Of a stretch of 64,000 nt of DNA, positions 60,487 through 64,000 are shown piece after piece. Position numbers and translations under genes: made by a program. Positions within the stretch are counted from its first letter, which is position 1. Every line of letters starts with the position of its first letter. The stretch covers positions 151-64,150 of the forward strand of contig CALMEZ010000194.1 of the NCBI GenBank assembly GCA_937864985.1, written 5' to 3'. Under the pieces are notes generated by a model. The model saw nothing but the letters and a program-made list of their open reading frames with translations, had not been told where the DNA came from and ran no database searches. This DNA comes from an uncultured Alphaproteobacteria bacterium. GTDB lineage: Bacteria > Pseudomonadota > Alphaproteobacteria > Rhizobiales > Aestuariivirgaceae.

Positions 60487-61344
60487 ATGGCTGACGAGCA
60501 AGACGCACCTACCGAGGCTGACCTCCTATTCACCAAAGATCAGTGGGATGCCGCTATGCCCGATCTCACTCGGAGCATGACGACATACCTGGCGCAGTAT
60601 CGAACGCCAGTATTCAAAGAGTTGGGCGATCACGGGAAAGGTTGGGGGAGCGGGTCCTTCATCGAAGTCGATGGCGCCAAGTATATTCTGACGAATGAAC
60701 ATGTAGCCACGATCCGTCACTCAGGGACGTTTCTCGGGTTTCAGCTTGCAAATCAGGACAAACTGTTCCGGGTCCAAGGCAATCATGTCGAGCAAGGATG
60801 GCCTTGGGACCTTGCCCTGCTGCCAGTGAGTGACACCGCCTGGACAACGGTCCACCACGCTTCCAAGGTGATCCAGATTGACCAGATCGCACTGGCGCAC
60901 ACGCCGACGCCAACCGAAGTATTCGCGTTGGCGGGCTTTGCCGGTGATAACACGGGCTTTCATTTCGCTACTCTCCTTAGCAAAGCGACTGTGAGTCTCT
61001 CGCGCGAGGTAGAATTGCCCAAAATTGAGCAATGGGATAGTCGGTTTCACTTTGGCTTGGACTATCTGCCTGATCTCGCAACTAGCGTCGTCAGCAATGA
61101 GGGTTTGCCCAAGCCTCCTGGGCTCAGCGGTTCGGCAGTCTGGAACACCGGCTTCGTAGAAGCGAAAGCCAAAGGTATCAAGTGGACACCTGAGTTAGCG
61201 CAGGTCGCAGGCGTGGCTTGGGGCTGGTCTTCGAAGGACGGCATCATCGTTGCCACGCGGGCTGAACACATCAGAAGCTTTCTTCTCGGCGCAACAGCAG
61301 AGCTGAGCGCGGCAGGCGTGGCGCAAGACGTAGTTCAGACGTGA
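60487..61344 (+). CDS. Trypsin-like serine protease domain protein, no signal peptide
   Basis: GSG, LTNEHV (His), DLALL (Asp), GLSGS (Ser). Confidence 0.7.
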   Translation: MADEQDAPTEADLLFTKDQWDAAMPDLTRSMTTYLAQYRTPVFKELGDHGKGWGSGSFIEVDGAKYILTNEHVATIRHSGTFLGFQLANQDKLFRVQGNHVEQGWPWDLALLPVSDTAWTTVHHASKVIQIDQIALAHTPTPTEVFALAGFAGDNTGFHFATLLSKATVSLSREVELPKIEQWDSRFHFGLDYLPDLATSVVSNEGLPKPPGLSGSAVWNTGFVEAKAKGIKWTPELAQVAGVAWGWSSKDGIIVATRAEHIRSFLLGATAELSAAGVAQDVVQT

Positions 61345-61391
61345 CCAACCTGTAACCAAGAACAGGGAGACGTTGCGTGGTAAACTTCAAC

Positions 61392-61468
61392 TGGCGCACC
61401 CGACACGGTTCGAACGTGTGGCCTCCACCTTCGGATGGTGGCGCTCTATCCAGCTGAGCTACGGGTGC
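61392..61468 (-). tRNA. tRNA-Arg(CCG), island-encoded variant
   Basis: 77 nt GCACCCGTAGCTCAGCTGGATAGAGCGCCACCATCCGAAGGTGGAGGCCACACGTTCGAACCGTGTCGGGTGCGCCA; all stems pair and CCA is encoded. Confidence 0.9.
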
Positions 61469-61497
61469 AGAGTTATGCCGATAATGGCCGCGACTGA

Positions 61498-61956
61498 TTA
61501 GGCGCTGTCGTCGTTGCCAGATGTTGTGACCGCTGACGTGACCTCGGAATTTGTCTCTTCCAGGTCAGTCCTGAGATCCTCAAGCCTCGCCGTCCGCCTC
61601 AACCACAAGCCATGGCTCATAGCCATTTTGTTGATCTCCTCGTCCACCATCAAAAGATGCTGATACAGACCATGCCACATCTCTGCGCCTTCCTCATCGC
61701 TCACCGCGAAGCCGTCTCTCAGCGCGCACAACAGATTGTACAGATTAGCCCCGAGCCTTCGCAGCTGATGACTCAATTGAATGATGGTCTGCGAGTCTTC
61801 CGCCGTGAGCATCGGCCCATGGCCGTGGGCGGCGCGAACTAGGCGGCGGATGATTTCACTGCGATTGAGCCCGAACCTGTTTTCAAGTTCAATGAGGATG
61901 GCCTGGTCGACGTCGGCCAGGAAGAGGTGGATTTGTTTTTTGCCATGGCGTGACAT
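61498..61956 (-). CDS. MobC-like relaxosome accessory protein (ribbon-helix-helix)
   Basis: RHH-like N-terminus (GLNRSEIIRRLV) and QLRRLGANL motif resembling MobC L.RIG.NLNQ. Confidence 0.65.
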   Translation of the reverse strand: MSRHGKKQIHLFLADVDQAILIELENRFGLNRSEIIRRLVRAAHGHGPMLTAEDSQTIIQLSHQLRRLGANLYNLLCALRDGFAVSDEEGAEMWHGLYQHLLMVDEEINKMAMSHGLWLRRTARLEDLRTDLEETNSEVTSAVTTSGNDDSA

Positions 61957-62025
61957 GCTACCGCCTCGTCTTCGCAAGCAGGCCGTTGGGATGACGGCCT
62001 GCACTTTTGGACGCGGATGCGGCCC

Positions 62026-62056
62026 GCAGATGTGTACACACATCTGCTATCTTGTC
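62026..62056 (+). other. Putative oriT (MOBP-like nic site with proximal inverted repeat)
   Basis: GCAGATGTGT-AC-ACACATCTGC immediately followed by TATCTTG|T, close to the IncP nic consensus YATCCTG|Y; upstream of mobC. Confidence 0.6.
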
Positions 62057-62107
62057 AGAAAACAAATACTCACAACGGCTCATCGGAAACTCCACAAGAC
62101 CAGATTT

Positions 62108-62998
62108 TCAAACCAGGTTCGGGCGCGCTTCGCGCGCCCTCATAGGGGCATTTTCAATGCCCGGCGGCAGTCTCGTTTGCGTCAGCAGAAACCCCTGAGC
62201 CCTGACACGTTCACCTGCATCTCGCGAAACCGTCGCGGCCATGTGATCGAGCCACGGCTGCCATTCCTTGCACTCCGGCTTGATCTCGAAGCGACCTTCA
62301 CTGGTCAGCTTTGGTCCGCCTGCGAAATTGAGAAACTCCCGCTTCTTCAGATACGGGATCATCAAGCCAACGCTGCCCTGCTGCTTGGCGTTCTTCCGAA
62401 ACGCTGCTGCATGGGTCACTGAGGCCCGTTGGTCACTCGCTGAGAGTTTGGCAAAGGTCGCCTCAGCGGCTCCCCTGAACTCCGGCCGCTCCTGTTCCGG
62501 CCACTCCTCCCAAAACTGATTGAAATCCCCCTTCCTCCCTACCGGTTCTTTGGCAGGACCTTTGGAGGGTAGGGAGGAGGATTCAGATGATGGATCAAGT
62601 GACGGTTCATTGCCCGGCACCTGATGCCGGACCCCCCGGCGTCTGGTGCCGGGCCTACCGGCAGGATTTGCCGCTTGGCTTTTCCTACCGGCAGATTTCG
62701 CCGGTTGGCTCGCTGCCACCTCGACCTTGGCAGCAATAGCCAACTGGAAGAGGTCAGACGTCCGCGAGCCGTCACGCCTGTTTCGGCGGGTGCGGGTGAT
62801 CAGCCCTTGCGCCTCAAGTTTCTGCAGCCAGTCGCGCGTTGCCCGCTCACCAAGTTCTGCTTCCCGCGCAATCGTTGTCTGCGAAGGCCAGCACTCGCCC
62901 TTTTCGTTCGCGTAGTTTGCAAGGCAGATGAGCAAAGCCTTGCCTGTCGGTGATCCCACGCGCTGCGAGATCGCCCATGCCACGGCCTGGATACTCAT
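62108..62998 (-). CDS. Helix-turn-helix replication initiator-like protein (phage O/HTH_36 type)
   Basis: MS..A.AWA...K.LL..LANYA...G.CWPS..TIA winged helix; low-complexity middle region carrying DNA repeats. Confidence 0.7.
   Translation of the reverse strand: MSIQAVAWAISQRVGSPTGKALLICLANYANEKGECWPSQTTIAREAELGERATRDWLQKLEAQGLITRTRRNRRDGSRTSDLFQLAIAAKVEVAASQPAKSAGRKSQAANPAGRPGTRRRGVRHQVPGNEPSLDPSSESSSLPSKGPAKEPVGRKGDFNQFWEEWPEQERPEFRGAAEATFAKLSASDQRASVTHAAAFRKNAKQQGSVGLMIPYLKKREFLNFAGGPKLTSEGRFEIKPECKEWQPWLDHMAATVSRDAGERVRAQGFLLTQTRLPPGIENAPMRAREARPNLV
62614..62704. repeat. Four palindromic iteron-like repeats CCGGCA-N5-TGCCGG
   Basis: Copies at 62614, 62636, 62658 and 62688 inside the rep-like gene. 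Confidence 0.7.
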
Positions 62999-63038
62999 GG
63001 CGCAACACCCACCGAAATCGGGGGCAATTTGGGCGTTA

Positions 63039-63059
63039 TGTGTACAATCTGCGTACCTC
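63039..63059. promoter_or_regulatory. Putative integrase arm-binding site (right)
   Basis: TGTGTACAATCTGCGTACCTC; matches 45249-45269. Confidence 0.65.
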
Positions 63060-63113
63060 GCGCCACTTTGCGCGGAACGCGGAAATTAAAACATAACAAT
63101 TTCAATGATTTAG

Positions 63114-63158
63114 TGGCGCACCCGACAGGATTCGAACCTGTGACCTCTGCCTTCGGAG
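63114..63158 (-). repeat. 3' half of tRNA-Arg(CCG); junction att site between island 1 and island 2
   Basis: Reverse complement CTCCGAAGGCAGAGGTCACAGGTTCGAATCCTGTCGGGTGCGCCA; 41/45 identical to 45097-45141. Confidence 0.9.
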
Positions 63159-64000
63159 AATGGATAATCGGTTTCGCCGAAACTATCCATTTCTATCCGA
63201 TTGCGCGCTATGCCACTGAAATCACAAAACAAATTTGAATTCGACAAGCGCCGAGGATACGACAGGGCGGCCAAACCCCTACCCTGCCGTGCTTACGCTT
63301 TGCTTACGCGCGGAACCTTTCAAGGAGACGCCCACACATGCCGAAGTTGACCAAACGAACTGTCGATACCACTGAAATTCGTTCAGCGGACTATATCATT
63401 TGGGATGAGGAGTTGCCCGGTTTCGGGTTGCGCGTCTTCGCTTCGGGGAAGCGAAGCTATGTAGTGCAGTATCGCGCTGCAGGCCGCTCGCGTCGCTACA
63501 CGATCGGGCTGCATGGCGTTTGGACTCCCGAGGAAGCCAGGCGTGAGGCTAAAGTCCTGCTCGGCCAGGTCGCACGAGGCGGCAACCCTGCCGAGGAGCG
63601 CAAGCTGGATCGCGAAGCGATCACGGTTAAAGAACTCTGCACCCGCTATCTCGAAGATCTGAGGAACGGGCTTGTGCTCGGTAAGCGAGGGCGGCCTAAG
63701 AAGGCCACGACGATCTCGACCGATGTCGGGCGCATCGAGCGCCACATAGTTCCTCTGCTCGGCAATCGACGGGTGCGGGATTTGGCCAAGTCCGACATCA
63801 CCCAAGCTATGAAGGACATCATGGCGGGCAAGACCCGCGCAAGCGTCAAGACAGACAAGCTCCGCGGGCGCGCTATCGTACGTGGCGGAGCCGGCACGGC
63901 AGCCCGGACGATAGGACTCTTCGGCGGTATTCTGACCTATGCGGTGGAACTCGGCATCGTCGAGCAGAACCCCGTGCATGGTGTGCGTAAGCCGAAGGAC
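63159..64000. mobile_element. Start of a second integrative element at the same tRNA
   Basis: tRNA half followed by a TGCTTACGC direct repeat (63290, 63301) and an integrase. Confidence 0.8.
63338..64000 (+). CDS. P4-like tyrosine integrase with Arm DNA-binding domain (3' end outside window; absent from the ORF track)
   Basis: AAGGAG RBS then [10 protein letters not shown]...[25 protein letters not shown]...RRYTIG.HG..TPEEAR. Confidence 0.92.
   Translation, partial: MPKLTKRTVDTTEIRSADYIIWDEELPGFGLRVFASGKRSYVVQYRAAGRSRRYTIGLHGVWTPEEARREAKVLLGQVARGGNPAEERKLDREAITVKELCTRYLEDLRNGLVLGKRGRPKKATTISTDVGRIERHIVPLLGNRRVRDLAKSDITQAMKDIMAGKTRASVKTDKLRGRAIVRGGAGTAARTIGLFGGILTYAVELGIVEQNPVHGVRKPKD

Larger units (their letters stand above)
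45097..63158. mobile_element. Integrative element (about 18 kb) at tRNA-Arg(CCG) carrying defence cargo
   Basis: 45-bp tRNA-half direct repeats at both ends, tyrosine integrase/xis/repressor, matching arm-like sites at 45249 and 63039, rep/oriT/mobC module. Confidence 0.9.

Noticed and set aside
61392-61468. The internal tRNA as the right boundary (restored host tRNA) of island 1
   Set aside because: Its 5' anticodon strand CCACC cannot pair with the GGCAG of the 45097 fragment, and the matching arm site and closer repeat lie at 63039-63158
45268-63113. Complete prophage or self-transmissible ICE
   Set aside because: No structural, packaging, lysis, relaxase or T4SS genes are present
63383-63979. 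198-aa minus-strand ORF
   Set aside because: It is the antisense shadow of the plus-strand integrase starting at 63338

Overview
The window is the replication-origin region of an alphaproteobacterial chromosome, most likely Hyphomicrobiales, inferred from gene order. Bases 1-24.3 kb are housekeeping: purH, cenR-like regulator, yggS, leuS-lptE-holA, parB-parA-rsmG-mnmG-mnmE-rho-hemJ-hemE, the oriC intergenic region with DnaA boxes and GANTC sites, two parS sites, maf-aroE-coaE-dnaQ, secB, Tim44-mltA-Smr. Bases 24.4-44.8 kb are accessory metabolism: an HpsNOP-like trio (SDR, divergent HisD paralogue, Zn-ADH) with an SsuABC/TauABC-type transporter, two saccharopine dehydrogenases, and a polyol catabolic cluster. 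That cluster has a TPP E1alpha/beta pair, a stand-alone lipoyl domain and a lipoate ligase but no E2 core or E3. From 45.1 kb, two elements are integrated in tandem at tRNA-Arg(CCG). Island 1 (about 45,097-63,158) is bounded by 45-bp tRNA 3' halves and matching arm-like sites. It encodes int/xis/repressor, HipBA, a Dcm-Vsr-MORC-Z1-PD(D/E)XK-AIPR (Mza-like) defence operon with an extra Mrr-like gene, an orphan Phd antitoxin and a cytoplasmic trypsin-like protease. It also carries its own sequence-altered tRNA-Arg(CCG), a MobC plus oriT-like site with no relaxase, and an HTH replication initiator with four internal palindromic iterons. Island 2 begins with a P4-type integrase at the right edge. 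All calls come from reading motifs by eye; no database searches were run.
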